Below, in pieces: positions 41,480 to 52,529 of a DNA stretch of 64,000 nucleotides. The stretch is taken from positions 32,001 to 96,000 of the forward strand of contig CAVWLW010000054.1 of assembly GCA_963755715.1 (NCBI GenBank). The letters run 5' to 3'. The translations under genes and the position numbers were made by a program. The notes under the pieces are model-generated. The model searched no databases. It saw only the letters and a list, made by a program, of their open reading frames with translations, and was not told the DNA's origin. Source of the stretch: an uncultured delta proteobacterium (lineage in GTDB: Bacteria > Desulfobacterota > Binatia > UBA9968). How positions within the stretch are numbered: the stretch's first letter is position 1; every line of letters starts with the position of its first letter.

Positions 41480-41953
41480 CTAACGATCGAGAACCAGCTC
41501 CTGCCTCTTGCCAAACCCTTGGGCGTTATCGATATAAAAAACCTTCTCCGGCGTAACGCAGTAAAATTTGACCTTGAGGAACGCCTTGTAAAAAACTCCG
41601 CTGCTGGGATCGGTAAAGAGCTTGATCACACCCGGATACTTACGCGCGTAAACGGCCATCGCCTTGGCTTTTTCCAGGACGCCGTCGACGAGCGCGACCT
41701 GGCCTTCGAGTTGAATCCCCTTGATCTCGCGCCAGTCGTGGTAGTCTTCCTGAATCGTGACCGCGACCTTTGAGTTTAGAGCTAGATTCTGGCAGTGCCG
41801 CGAATCGGGTGCGGAGAAGAAATACAGCTGTAAATCATCGCTGGCAAAAAACACTGTCGCCGCCCACGGCGCATCACCGGCGCAGGTCGCCAGCGTCATG
41901 GTGTTGTGTGAGCGAAGATAATCGAGGATTTGGCCTTTCAGTTCGTCAGCCAT
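41480..41953 (-). CDS. PNPOx-like (YhbP-type) FMN-binding split-barrel protein
   Basis: HNTMTLAT, PWAATVFF, SRH, IKGIQLEG, DN..GFG; start MADELK. Confidence 0.82.
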   Translation of the reverse strand: MADELKGQILDYLRSHNTMTLATCAGDAPWAATVFFASDDLQLYFFSAPDSRHCQNLALNSKVAVTIQEDYHDWREIKGIQLEGQVALVDGVLEKAKAMAVYARKYPGVIKLFTDPSSGVFYKAFLKVKFYCVTPEKVFYIDNAQGFGKRQELVLDR

Positions 41954-41997
41954 TGTCAACTTCGAAGTTTGCGCAAAAAAAACGGCGATTCCACGAG

Positions 41998-43047
41998 TCA
42001 GGATTGACGCACGAGCGGCGCTTTGCGCAACGCGGTTAAATCCGCCGCGCCGACGCAAAGCATGCTGACCTTGAGCTCATGGATCACGCCGGCGATAAAT
42101 TCTATCACCTTTGCCGAAGACTCCAATGCCGCGGCCAAAAGCGGTTGGCCGAAGGCGCCGAGGTCGGCCCCGAGGGCGATTGCCTTGGCGATATCGACGC
42201 CGCTGCGAACGCCACCGGAAGCGATTAATTGAATATCCGGCAGCGCTTGGCGCACGCTGACGAGCGCCTCCTCGGTCGGAATGCCCCAGGCGGCAAAGGC
42301 CGTATCAGGCCGCTTACCCTGTTTCACGGCGCGCTGCGCTTCGACGGCGGACCAAGAAGTCCCGCCGTATCCGGCGACGTCGAGCGCTTTGACGCCGGCG
42401 CGCTGCAATCGGATGGCCGCGTCGACTGAGATGCCGTTGCCGACTTCCTTGGCGATCACGGGAACTTCGAGATCACGGCACACCGCCGCGATTTTCTCAC
42501 CCAGTCCTTTGAAGTTGCGATTGCCTTCGGGCTGAACCGCTTCCTGCAGAACGTTTAAATGCAAAATCAGCGCGTCGGCGCCAATCATCGACACCGCGCG
42601 CCGGCAATGCTCAACTGTGTACCCGTAGTTGAGCTGCACCGCGCCGAGATTACCGAACAGAAGAATATCCGGCGCGACGTCGCGCACCTCAAACGAACCC
42701 GCCGCGGACGGCTCTTCGACGGCGACTCGTTGCGAACCGACGCCCATCGCCAGTCCCAAGCTCTGCGCCGCCGCGGCGAGATTGCGATTTACTTTGCGCG
42801 CCAGATCGAAGCCGCCGGTCATCGAGGAAATCAGGATCGGTGCCTGCAATCGTTTGCCGAGAAACGTCGTGCTCAGATCGATCTCATCGATGTCGAGCTC
42901 CGGCAGCGCGTTGTGGACGAAGCGATAGCGGCTAAGACCCGTGCCGGATGCGCTCGTGACGCTCTCGGTATCGAGGCAGATTTCTAGATGCTCTTTTTTG
43001 CGTTTTTGGGTTTTGGTGAGGGCTTTGATCACCCGGCGGCGTGGCAT
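41998..43047 (-). CDS. fni: Type 2 isopentenyl-diphosphate delta-isomerase
   Basis: RKKEHL, SSMTGG, MGVGSQR, HLN.LQE.VQPEG, KEVGNG, GGTSW. Confidence 0.95.
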   Translation of the reverse strand: MPRRRVIKALTKTQKRKKEHLEICLDTESVTSASGTGLSRYRFVHNALPELDIDEIDLSTTFLGKRLQAPILISSMTGGFDLARKVNRNLAAAAQSLGLAMGVGSQRVAVEEPSAAGSFEVRDVAPDILLFGNLGAVQLNYGYTVEHCRRAVSMIGADALILHLNVLQEAVQPEGNRNFKGLGEKIAAVCRDLEVPVIAKEVGNGISVDAAIRLQRAGVKALDVAGYGGTSWSAVEAQRAVKQGKRPDTAFAAWGIPTEEALVSVRQALPDIQLIASGGVRSGVDIAKAIALGADLGAFGQPLLAAALESSAKVIEFIAGVIHELKVSMLCVGAADLTALRKAPLVRQS

Positions 43048-43068
43048 GTCAGCGCAGCGACAGCGAGA

Positions 43069-43737
43069 TCACCGCTGCTTTTTCGCTTCCTTGCGTTCTT
43101 TGGCCGCGGTAATCGGCGTGGTCTTGGATGCGTCGGGATGGCGGCTCATGCCTTCATCGTCCCAACGATGGAAGAGCTTCACATCGATGTCGAATTGATC
43201 GAGAATCCGTGTGACGGTTTGATTGATGACGTCATTCAAAGTCTTGGGACGATGATAGAACGCCGGCACCGGCGGGAAAATAATCGCGCCCATGCGCGTG
43301 AGCGAGGCCATCGCTTCCAAATGGCCGAGATGCAGCGGCGTCTCGCGTACGACCAGCACGAGCTTTTTTCGCTCTTTCAATACCACGTCGGCGGCGCGCA
43401 CCAACAAGTCCGCGCCGAGCGAATGGGCGATGGCGCCCATGGATTTCATCGAACAAGGCACAATCACCATCCCTTCGGTGCGAAACGATCCGCTCGAAAT
43501 GCTCGCGCCGACGTTGCTGATGTCATGAACGACGTCGGCCATCGCTTCCACGTCTTTCACGGAAAAAGGCGTCTCCACCTGAATCGTCATCCGGCCGGCT
43601 TTGCTCATGACGAGATGCGTTTCGATGTCGTCGATCTTGGCGAGGATCTCCAGCATGCGCACGCCGTAGATCGCGCCCGTCGCTCCCGAGATGCCGATGA
43701 TCAATCTTTTTTTCTGATTCAATTGAGGAACTCCCAA
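43069..43737 (-). CDS. ubiX: Flavin prenyltransferase UbiX
   Basis: GISGATG, SSGS, PCSMKS, RAADVVLKE, RETP, PAFYHRP. Confidence 0.95.
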   Translation of the reverse strand: MGVPQLNQKKRLIIGISGATGAIYGVRMLEILAKIDDIETHLVMSKAGRMTIQVETPFSVKDVEAMADVVHDISNVGASISSGSFRTEGMVIVPCSMKSMGAIAHSLGADLLVRAADVVLKERKKLVLVVRETPLHLGHLEAMASLTRMGAIIFPPVPAFYHRPKTLNDVINQTVTRILDQFDIDVKLFHRWDDEGMSRHPDASKTTPITAAKERKEAKKQR

Positions 43738-44132
43738 GTGAGTTGATCGCCGTCGCCGACGCCCAGATGTTCTTTCAGCCGCAGCGGCGCGACGATTTCG
43801 ATTTTGTCATCCGGATAATTTTCGACTTCGGGAAATAGCACCGCGCCCAAGATTTTCTCGGGAACTTTACCCGCTCGTCCGATAATTGCAATCGGATAGA
43901 GCCGGGCATTACAAAAATTTCCGCGCGCCGGTGCCAGCGCTACGCCGGCCGATCCCTCGCGCACCCGCTGCCAAACGGCCGCGTCCTCGGCTGCCCTGGG
44001 CCGGACGTTCAGCGTTGCCGGAAAAGGGGTGAATCCCAAACATTGCTTCAAAGCCGCCTGCACCCAATCCAAAGCCATGAACGAAGCAGCTTGACCGAGA
44101 TCGGAAAATATTATGCCGCTCATCTGCTGCAC
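43719..44132 (-). CDS. CTP-dependent (archaeal-type, DUF120) riboflavin kinase
   Basis: G...S.LGQA, LGF.PFPATLN, EIVAP..L...L...DGD. Confidence 0.82.
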   Translation of the reverse strand: MQQMSGIIFSDLGQAASFMALDWVQAALKQCLGFTPFPATLNVRPRAAEDAAVWQRVREGSAGVALAPARGNFCNARLYPIAIIGRAGKVPEKILGAVLFPEVENYPDDKIEIVAPLRLKEHLGVGDGDQLTWEFLN

Positions 44133-44144
44133 GGCTTGGCTTCG

Positions 44145-44918
44145 TCAATGGCCGGAAAGCGAAGCTGCGTCGCCGCCGCGCCGCACTTTGATGACTTCGC
44201 CGAGAATCGACAGAGCGATTTCCGCCGGCGTCTCGGTCCCGATGTCGAGACCGATGGGAGCATAAACCCGCTCGATCAACTCTTCGCTGATCTTATCTTC
44301 ATCGCGAAATCTCTGGAAACAGGCTTTGATCCGGCGCCGGCTGCCAATCATGCCGATATATTTCGCCTGGCTCGGCAGAACCACCCGCAAGCAGGGCTCG
44401 TCATAAGCATGCCCGCGCGTAATCAGCACGATGTAATACGAGGGCGTGATGGTCATCTCTTTGAGCATCTGCGCCATGTCACCGACCAAAACTTCATCGG
44501 CGTCGGGGAACCGCTCGCGGTTGGCGTAGAGCAAACGATCATCGATAACCGTCACGTGAAAATCCAAGACTTTGGCGATTTTAACCAACGGCACCGCGAT
44601 ATGACCGGCGCCAACCACGATAAGCTTCGGCGGCGACGGCATCACTTCGAAAAAGACTTCCAGCTTGCCGCCGGCTTGCGGAATGTTCAGCGAAACCAGC
44701 TGTGATTTTTCGGCGCGTAAACGGCTGGCGCTCTCTTCGACGATCGCCTGGACGACGCGCGGATCGCCGATCGTTTCGCCGCTTACTTTTTCATCGCGTA
44801 CCAGACATTTCGCTCCCGGCTCAACGTGCACGCCGGCCTCGACCTCGACGACGGTGGCCAGCACGGCCGCCGCGCCTGCTTCGCTGATCTGAACCAGTTC
44901 TTCGGAGAGTGAAATCAT
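44145..44918 (-). CDS. XdhC/CoxF-family molybdenum cofactor maturation factor
   Basis: VGAGH, TRGH.YD, YIGMIGS, APIGLDIG.ETPAEIA. Confidence 0.92.
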   Translation of the reverse strand: MISLSEELVQISEAGAAAVLATVVEVEAGVHVEPGAKCLVRDEKVSGETIGDPRVVQAIVEESASRLRAEKSQLVSLNIPQAGGKLEVFFEVMPSPPKLIVVGAGHIAVPLVKIAKVLDFHVTVIDDRLLYANRERFPDADEVLVGDMAQMLKEMTITPSYYIVLITRGHAYDEPCLRVVLPSQAKYIGMIGSRRRIKACFQRFRDEDKISEELIERVYAPIGLDIGTETPAEIALSILGEVIKVRRGGDAASLSGH

Positions 44919-45312
44919 TTACTTGCCGGCGCTGCTTCCCGCTCCCGCTCATTCCACCAGGGATCGATAAATACGTTCATGATGCCGCCGCACACGGCCG
45001 GGCTGTCCGAGGAAATATCGTCCAGAAGGTCGACGCGCACCGTTCTCGGCTTGCGCGTGCGAATCACCTCGATCGCCTCACGCTTCACATCCGCCTCGCC
45101 GCAACCGCCGCCGATGGTGCCGAGGATTTCCCCCAGGCCGTAACCACCATCTTGGCGCCGACTTCGCGCGGCGTCGAGCCTTTGGTTGAGACGATGGTTG
45201 CCACAGCCAAGGTTTCTCCCTTGTCGAGAAATTCCTTTACCTGGTGATAAATCGAATCTTTCTTTTTGCCTTCCAGGTCCGCATCCGTATAACAAGCGCC
45301 GGGTCCAGCCAT
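44915..45312 (-). CDS. XdhC/CoxI N-terminal domain protein (frameshift ~45140)
   Basis: ATIVSTKGSTPREVGAKM then GTIGGGCGEA...CGG in a second frame. Confidence 0.85.
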
Positions 45313-45379
45313 GTTCGTTCCTCCAATAATGAAGATTAGAATTGCAGTCGGCGATCCTCCATCCTCGATCTACAACTCG

Positions 45380-46591
45380 CTAGGCCACCTTCTGCAGCGT
45401 CCGCCCGAGAGCGACCAAACTATTTACGTTATGCACGGACAAAAACAAATCGAGATAAGGCAACGCTGCTTGCATGCCTTTGCACAGCGGCTCGTAGTTC
45501 TCGCTCGCCAAAAGCGGATTGAGCCAAATAATTTTCTTGCAGCGCCGCTTCAGATCTTGCATCTCGCGTTCGAGCAAGCTCACATCGCCGCGGTCCCAGC
45601 CGTCGCTGATGATCACGACGACGGTCCGGTGAGTTACCATGCTCGGCGCAAAGTCGCGATTGAAAGTGTGCAGCGAGCGGCCGATGTTGGTGCCGCCGGA
45701 CCAGCCGAGAATGCTGCCGGAGATCTTTTCCAGCGCGTTGACGATGTCCTTGGTACGAATGAGGTGCGTGATCCGGCTGAGCGAGGTGCTGAAAACAAAA
45801 GTCTCCACGCCCCACAGTTCGTTCTGCAGGCCATACATGAATTGAATCAAGAATCGGCTGTAGCAGTCCATCGAGCCGCTGACGTCGCAGAGCAGCACGA
45901 CTTTGGTTTTTTTGATGCGGCGCTTGCGATGCACCAACTCGACGAGCTCGCCGCCGTATTTCATGCTGCGGCGCATCGTCCAGCGTGGATCCACCGTATT
46001 GCCCTTGCGGCCGATTTTTTTGCGCCGGCTGATTTGCGTCGCGATCTTGGTCGCGATCAGGAGAATCGCGCGCGCGACGGCGCGGCTCTCCTCCACGCCC
46101 ATCTCGCTGAAGTCTTTGCGGTTCATCAGCTCTTGCGGGCTATAGGTCGGCACCGAAAACTCGTCGAGATTTTCCAGCGGCAAGTTTTCCTTGGCTAGGG
46201 TCTCTGCCGTGGCTTCTTCGAGTCCGCCTTCTTCGTCGCCGCCTTCGGGCGCGGGCGACTCGCTCGGCGTGCCTTCGATCTCCATGGTTTCCATCGGCAC
46301 CCGCTCGTAGCTCATCTCGCGCCAGAAGGAATCGAACAACAAGTCAAAGGCGGGAAAATCTTCTTTCTGCGAGACCATATTCGCGCGCAGCAAGGCTCTG
46401 AAGTCGGTCTTCTCGGCGAGATCGACGTGCTCCACCGCCCGTGAGGCGTCGAGCACTTGACTGAGACTTACTTTGACGCCCAACTGTTTGAGCGCGCGGG
46501 CAAACGCCATCAGATTGGGCAAGGTTCCTTGGCCGCGTGCCCCCGCCACGCTGTTGACCGCCGCCGCGATTGTTTCTGAAGTGACTTCCAT
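45380..46591 (-). CDS. CoxE-like VWA-domain protein
   Basis: DVSGSM, FVFST, WSGGTNIG, ISDGWD, WLNP. Confidence 0.92.
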   Translation of the reverse strand: MEVTSETIAAAVNSVAGARGQGTLPNLMAFARALKQLGVKVSLSQVLDASRAVEHVDLAEKTDFRALLRANMVSQKEDFPAFDLLFDSFWREMSYERVPMETMEIEGTPSESPAPEGGDEEGGLEEATAETLAKENLPLENLDEFSVPTYSPQELMNRKDFSEMGVEESRAVARAILLIATKIATQISRRKKIGRKGNTVDPRWTMRRSMKYGGELVELVHRKRRIKKTKVVLLCDVSGSMDCYSRFLIQFMYGLQNELWGVETFVFSTSLSRITHLIRTKDIVNALEKISGSILGWSGGTNIGRSLHTFNRDFAPSMVTHRTVVVIISDGWDRGDVSLLEREMQDLKRRCKKIIWLNPLLASENYEPLCKGMQAALPYLDLFLSVHNVNSLVALGRTLQKVA

Positions 46592-46597
46592 CGAACC

Positions 46598-47518
46598 TTA
46601 ACTCACCATCTCGGGCGACGCCCTCAATAGCGCGTCCAAGTTAAGTTGCCGTCCTTCGACCTGGTCGCGCAAATGATGCAAGTCCTCGCGGTATTTAAAT
46701 ACGCAACCCATGGTTTCGACGACGGTCTTGTCGTCCAAATTTTTGCGGTTGAGTGCGATCAACGCCGAAGCCCAATCGAGGGTTTCGGCCACGCCGGGCC
46801 GCTTGTAAAAATTCATCTCGCGGACCTTTTGCATAAAGGCGCAAATCTGCTGCGCCATCTTGGCTTCGACCGCGGGAAACTTGGTCGTTATGATCTCGTA
46901 CTCCTTTTCGAAGCTCGGATACTCGATCCAATGATAGAGACAACGGCGTTTGAGCGCATCATGGATTTCCCGCGTGCGGTTGGACGTTAGAAACACGTAG
47001 GGCCGGTGTTTCGCCGCGATCGTGCCGAGTTCGGGGATGGTAATTTGAAAATCCGACAGGACCTCGAGCAAAAACGCCTCGAACTCCATGTCGGCGCGGT
47101 CGATCTCGTCGATCAGCAGCACCGGCGGGTTGGCGCCGTCGGTTTGGATTGCCTCGAGCAACGGGCGCTTGACCAAATATTCTTCACTGAAGATCTCGGT
47201 CTCGACTTTTTGCCTATCGCCGTGCTCGACTTCTTCCAATTTAATACGCAGCATCTGCTTGGGATAATTCCACTCGTAGAGGGCCGTGTTGGCGTCGAGC
47301 CCTTCATAACACTGGAGCCGGATCAGTTTGGCATTAAGCACCTTGGCTAAAACTTTAGCGATCTCGGTTTTACCGACTCCGGCTTCTCCCTCCAGAAGCA
47401 ACGGCTTACCCATCACGAGCGATAGATAGACTACCGTGGCCAAGGCACGGTCGCACACATATTTTTCCTTAAGCAGAATCTCCTGGACATGCTCGATCGT
47501 CAATTGATTTGGATTCAC
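46598..47518 (-). CDS. CoxD-like MoxR AAA+ ATPase
   Basis: GEAGVGKT, RLQCYEG, LLIDEID, DALKRRC. Confidence 0.93.
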   Translation of the reverse strand: MNPNQLTIEHVQEILLKEKYVCDRALATVVYLSLVMGKPLLLEGEAGVGKTEIAKVLAKVLNAKLIRLQCYEGLDANTALYEWNYPKQMLRIKLEEVEHGDRQKVETEIFSEEYLVKRPLLEAIQTDGANPPVLLIDEIDRADMEFEAFLLEVLSDFQITIPELGTIAAKHRPYVFLTSNRTREIHDALKRRCLYHWIEYPSFEKEYEIITTKFPAVEAKMAQQICAFMQKVREMNFYKRPGVAETLDWASALIALNRKNLDDKTVVETMGCVFKYREDLHHLRDQVEGRQLNLDALLRASPEMVS

Positions 47519-47909
47519 GCTCGCCTCACCTGCAAAGATTAATTTTTGGCCGGTTCCTTAGCGGATGGAGTGGGTAACGGATAACATGAACAACCGCCCG
47601 ACATTCCCTCCACAGCAATGTCTCAGCCATTCTGGAAATCGAATAACGATACTCTCTTTCATCACCCCGATCAACGTCGTCGCTAACGACCTCCAAACGC
47701 GGCTGGCAACAGCAGAACAATCAGCTATTCTAATCATAACAAACGAATATCGATTAGGAAAATCCTCGAAGATGACGGGTTCCTGCCGCGCACTCGACAC
47801 GGCTTGAACTCGATTTAAAGAATAAAAAGGCGACCCGCAGTCCACCCGCGGGAGAACAAGATGAGCCGCATGCACGGCTCGGAAGGACAGCAGAATAACC
47901 GCGGCGCGT

Positions 47910-50899
47910 CTAATTAGCGGCTACGTAGGCGCGCTTAAAATCCGTAGAACTAGCCAGAGAATTTCTCAATTGATTGGCCGCTTCAAGATCGACAAACCGC
48001 CCGATACGAACCCGATGCCAGGTTTGGCTGGCGAGTTGGACCGTCATCACATAGGCATCGTAGCCGTGCTGGCGCAAGAAATCAGCCATCGTCTGCGCAT
48101 CTTTTTCTGCCGCCAACGAGGCAACTTGGACTGCCCATTGTTGCTGGGTCTTGATTTCAAGTCGGCGGTTCACGGGGGGCTGCGGAGCCACATTCGTTGT
48201 TCCCATAGGCCGTGTAACCGAGAGCGCATGCAAAGCGATGGGCGATTGTGCCACTTTACCGGGCGGGACAGAAGCGACACTTTCAGAACTCGTACGGTCG
48301 CGGACATCGGAATATGCGCCATATCCTGGCGCCGCGTTTCGTTCCGGATTCGAAAGTATTGTGGTTTTTTGAAGCGACCGAGCCGGGGCGCCGGGCATTA
48401 ACAGTAAAGCACTTGGAGCCGGAGCGGGTGGCGGCGGATTAGGTATCGGAGGCGGATCGCTCAACGGCCCAGGTAAAGCTGGGCGATTTTCTAGTGGCCT
48501 TTGCTGTAGATTTTGTCGTTCTCTTCCCATTCGCTCCAGTTCATTTCGCACCGCTGAAAGCGATTTTTTAAAGTCTTCGGTAACCGACCTGGCTTCGTCG
48601 CGATTGCGGACGACGTGTGGTGTAATCAGCATGATCAGCTCAGTGCGATCGAGGGTATCGTTTGTTGTGCCAAAAAAACGGCCGAAGACGGGAATATCCA
48701 TGAGATAAGGAATTCCAGATCGAGTTCTGGTTTTGTTCTCGCCGATCAGCCCGCCGATAACCAACGTTTCACCATCTAGGACGACTGCCGTCGTTTCCGC
48801 ATCTTGGGTATTAAAGGTCGGAAATGTTTCTCCAACGTTACCTACCGGGATGTTATCACCGAGCGCGCTCACTTCAGCTTTGAGCTGCAGATTCACCAAT
48901 CCTTGGGCATTCACTTGGGGAATGATCGTCAAAATTCTTCCTGTATTGCGGTATTGGATGGTGGTACTCGATACGATGGTTCCCGTGTTCGTTGTGAGGG
49001 TGCCCGTGGGAATCGGTATCTCGGCTCCCACTTGGATGCGCGCGGGACGGTTGTCGCTGGCAAGCACACTGGGAGACGATAGCAGTTTGACGCGCGAGTC
49101 CGTCATCAGAGCGGTAACAAACGCTCGAACCGTGTCACCTGTTCCTATGACTCCACTTAGTCCTCCACCTTTTGTAAACGCCGCAAGGGCGCCGCTCAAC
49201 AACGCGCCACGAGAGTTGAACGTTTTGTCGAAAATTTTCACATCACCGAATCGGCGCAAGATCTCGTAATCGACACCAAATGTTTCGTTGTTCTTCAAGT
49301 CGACTTGCAATATCAACGCATCGATCAAGACCTGGCGCGGTGCCGCGTCCAATTCCTTGAGGATATTTTTGATGTTTTGAAACTCCTGCACCGTACCGTA
49401 GATGATCAGCGAATTGGTTGCCGGATCCGGCACGATCCTCATCTGTTCCTGTTGTTGCTGCTGTTGTTGCTGACCTTGCGTTCCTGGTGTTGTCGGTCGC
49501 GGCGCGCCCGGTATCTGTGGCGCTGGCGGCTGGGGCGGTACAACCGTCGGGGGCGCTGTTTGGCCCGGTGCTGGAACCGCGGCGTAGGCTCCGAGCGGCC
49601 GACTCTGCTGACCGAATGAGCCCGAGGAGCCCGAAGAGCCCGAAGAGCCGAAAGGCGAACCGGTAGAGCCGCTTCCCGTTGTTGAACCCATCCCTCCTGC
49701 TGTCGAACGATGTAAATCTTGCAGCGTTCGCGTGGTATCTCGTCTGCCCGTTGACGGTTGGCCGAGGGCTTGGCTAATGACATCGGCCAATTCGGTCCGC
49801 CTTACCGTTGTCGACTGGATAAATAAATATGCGCCGGCCTGGTCCCTCGGCAATAACATCGATGCGATCCAGCCAGCGCTTGGCATAGGTCCATGCCGCT
49901 TCGCTGTGACTGATAACCAAGAGCTGATTGATGCGCGGCAAGGCGATGAATTCCGCGGCAAAGCTTTCGGCCTGCGCCGCCGAGGCGGCAAATGACTGCA
50001 TCACCTTGGTCATTTCCTGAGCCAGCTCTTCGGCGCTGGCAATCTTCGGTTGGTAGATCTCCATGCGCGTGCCGGCGAAGACTTGTACGTCGATCAGGTC
50101 GGCGATTTCCGCGAGCCTTTGAATATTCGAAGGCAGATCCATGACGATAAGAAAGTTGCCGCGCGGATTTTCGATGATCTCGCCACCCGGCTGCAAAAAC
50201 GGCGTCAAGACCCGCTTCAATTCCGCCACCGCAAAAAAGCGCGCCGGAATCACTTGAAGCGCGAAGCTATCCTCTCGGCCCTGTCCCACGGGACGAGCTA
50301 GACCTTTGCCGTCTTTGATCGGCATGATGTGGTAAAGATTGCCGGTGCGCACAGCTACGGCGCCGTTCATGCGCAATATTTGATGAAACACCGGCAGGAG
50401 ATCTTCGGCTCGGAGCGGCTCGGCGCTGTTGATCGTCACCGTGCCTTTGACTTCGGGATCGATGGTATAAGTCAGACGCAATTGTTGCGCGATGATGTGA
50501 ATGATTTCCACCAGGTCCGCACGATTGAAATTCAATGAGATCATGCCGCCCGAAGGAATTGATTGCGTCGGGGTAAATCGTCCTCTGCGGCGCCGGCGGC
50601 GTGGGTGATCCTTGCGTCTCGCCAGCGTCCGGCGCCGATTGAGCCGGAGCCTGCTGAGCTTGCGGCGCAATTTGCGGGCTGGGTTGCGGTGCAGCACCGG
50701 GCGGTTGACTTGGCACGGGAACCCGCCGCGGTATTACCGGCGGCTTATTTGGATCAGGGGGCTGTGGCGCACCCGGAACAGACTGCCCAGGCGTCGGTCC
50801 AGGTTGAGTGGGTACAGGCACCTGTTGCGCCGCGAGCGGCACGACGACTCCCGCCACCGAAACGAACGCGGCCATTCGGATTGTGCACTTTCCTGCCAT
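47910..50899 (-). CDS. gspD: Type II secretion secretin GspD with C-terminal SPOR domain (split over three frames)
   Basis: N0 domain LNF..ADL, VPDPATNSLI, QVLIDALI, GIPYLMDIP.FG.FF, ELIMLITPHVV; C-terminal WAVQVAS...WHRVRIGRF. Confidence 0.88.
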
Positions 50900-50919
50900 G
50901 AAATTTCCCCTTCTCCTAA

Positions 50920-51624
50920 TCACGAATCGGGAGTTGGACTCCCAGGAACTGGGACTCTGCCGCGGCGCGGCAAGTTTGGCAAAACCCGCGGCGTAACAAC
51001 AGGTCCTGGAACAGGTCCTGGGGTAGCGATCTGACCGGCCGGCGCCGCTCGCGGAGCCGCAACATCGACTTTCCGGAAATAGTCCAACAGAACTTCCACC
51101 CGCGCCGCATCCTTCGTAAAAACCACTTTTTTATCAGCGATCTCAGCCAATCGATAACCTTCAAGATCGTCGCCGAGCTTTAACCGCATCGGCTGTGGCG
51201 GCTGCGGCGGAACCGGTTGCCCACCGCTCGAATTCACGCCGTCTTGCAAAATCGCCGTGCGGTTATTGCCAATGATTACCGTGCCGATCAAGATCACGTT
51301 GCGAACCCGTTGGGAAGATCGCGAATTTTCCTCCGCTTCGCGGGTCGCGCCGGCGCCTCTTTCGGGATCGAAAAGATTTTTGCTGATGATGTTATCGGTA
51401 TTAAATGCCACTTTGGCTGGCGCGAGCGATTTTTCACCCGCCGCTGCGATAGGCAAGGTTTTAGTCGGCATGGGAAAATCCCAGGGGCCTGCTTTCCATG
51501 ATGAATAAGTATGCCAACCAATCACCCCGATGGCGCCAACCATGAGAATGCTCAGCAGTGATGATCGGGTTAAAATCGCGCTATTCCTCCTCTCCACCGA
51601 GCTTGTCAGAATCGAGGGGTTCAT
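50920..51624 (-). CDS. GspC-like T2SS protein
   Basis: N-terminal TM, NLFDPER, LIGTVI; position upstream of gspD. Confidence 0.65.
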   Translation of the reverse strand: MNPSILTSSVERRNSAILTRSSLLSILMVGAIGVIGWHTYSSWKAGPWDFPMPTKTLPIAAAGEKSLAPAKVAFNTDNIISKNLFDPERGAGATREAEENSRSSQRVRNVILIGTVIIGNNRTAILQDGVNSSGGQPVPPQPPQPMRLKLGDDLEGYRLAEIADKKVVFTKDAARVEVLLDYFRKVDVAAPRAAPAGQIATPGPVPGPVVTPRVLPNLPRRGRVPVPGSPTPDS

Positions 51625-51860
51625 TTACGCCAGGTGGACAACCGGGTCAAAATCTAGGGCCAAATTATACAGGTTTACGCCCAATTTGAAAATAAAGATT
51701 TTAATCGGGGGCCGCTGCCACGAATTGACCCCGGTCCCCTGCAACCTACCCCATCAGCTTCCCTGCGCCTTTGGCAATCAGCCAACCCCTTATTTAACCG
51801 CGCAAGTTTACGGCAGAATTAAAGTTGATGGCAAATACGCAAGAAAAACCCGGCGTTAGG

Positions 51861-52529
51861 TCAAGTGCCTTTTTCGGCCGCCGGATTGGGCGGATTACCG
51901 AGTCCCTCGATTTTTGCGGGAGCCGTGGCTTGAGTTCGGGCGTAACCTGCCACTGTAAGGCTAATCCGCAAATTTTGCGCCGGTAACTGCGGCACCCCTG
52001 GCGGCTGGGGAAATCCGACTGGACGAAAAAGCGAGCGCACGTTGACTTCATCGATAACGAGTAACTTGGGCGAGGTTTCAAGCGCTTTAATCAAGCTCGC
52101 GACTTGCTGGATTTGCCCGCCGATCTCCAGTTGGATCGCGATTTTAGAAAACGAGCCTGCGGCGTCGGGATTGAGGACGCGCGTGGTGATAACCTGCGTC
52201 CCTTCCCGGGTGGCGAGCGCCTGAACGGTTTCTTGAAGATCAGAAGCGCTCACCGAAGGCGTGTCGCCGGTGAGCAGTTTCGGTTCTTGCGCCTTGATTT
52301 CTGCGCGCGCCGCTTCCAAGGCGGCCAGCATCGTTTCTTTTTGTGCTATGTAGCGGCGATTTTTCGCCAATAGTTGCGGCTGGCTTTCGAGCTGCTGCTT
52401 GACCCACTCGCGCCGATCGAAAAACGGCGTCACAATGGCGAGTTTAGCGACGAAACCCAGCAGAATGAGCGCCGTCACGAGCGCGAGGCTGCGTTCCCGC
52501 TTCGACAGCCTTTGCCAAAAGTTAATCAT
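51861..52529 (-). CDS. GspM/PilO-like T2SS inner membrane protein
   Basis: WQRLSKRER plus TM, coiled coil, ferredoxin-like C-terminus. Confidence 0.75.
   Translation of the reverse strand: MINFWQRLSKRERSLALVTALILLGFVAKLAIVTPFFDRREWVKQQLESQPQLLAKNRRYIAQKETMLAALEAARAEIKAQEPKLLTGDTPSVSASDLQETVQALATREGTQVITTRVLNPDAAGSFSKIAIQLEIGGQIQQVASLIKALETSPKLLVIDEVNVRSLFRPVGFPQPPGVPQLPAQNLRISLTVAGYARTQATAPAKIEGLGNPPNPAAEKGT

Noticed and set aside
49618-49653. 9-bp tandem repeat in gspD
   Set aside because: In-frame Ser/Gly low-complexity loop, common in secretin N3 domains.
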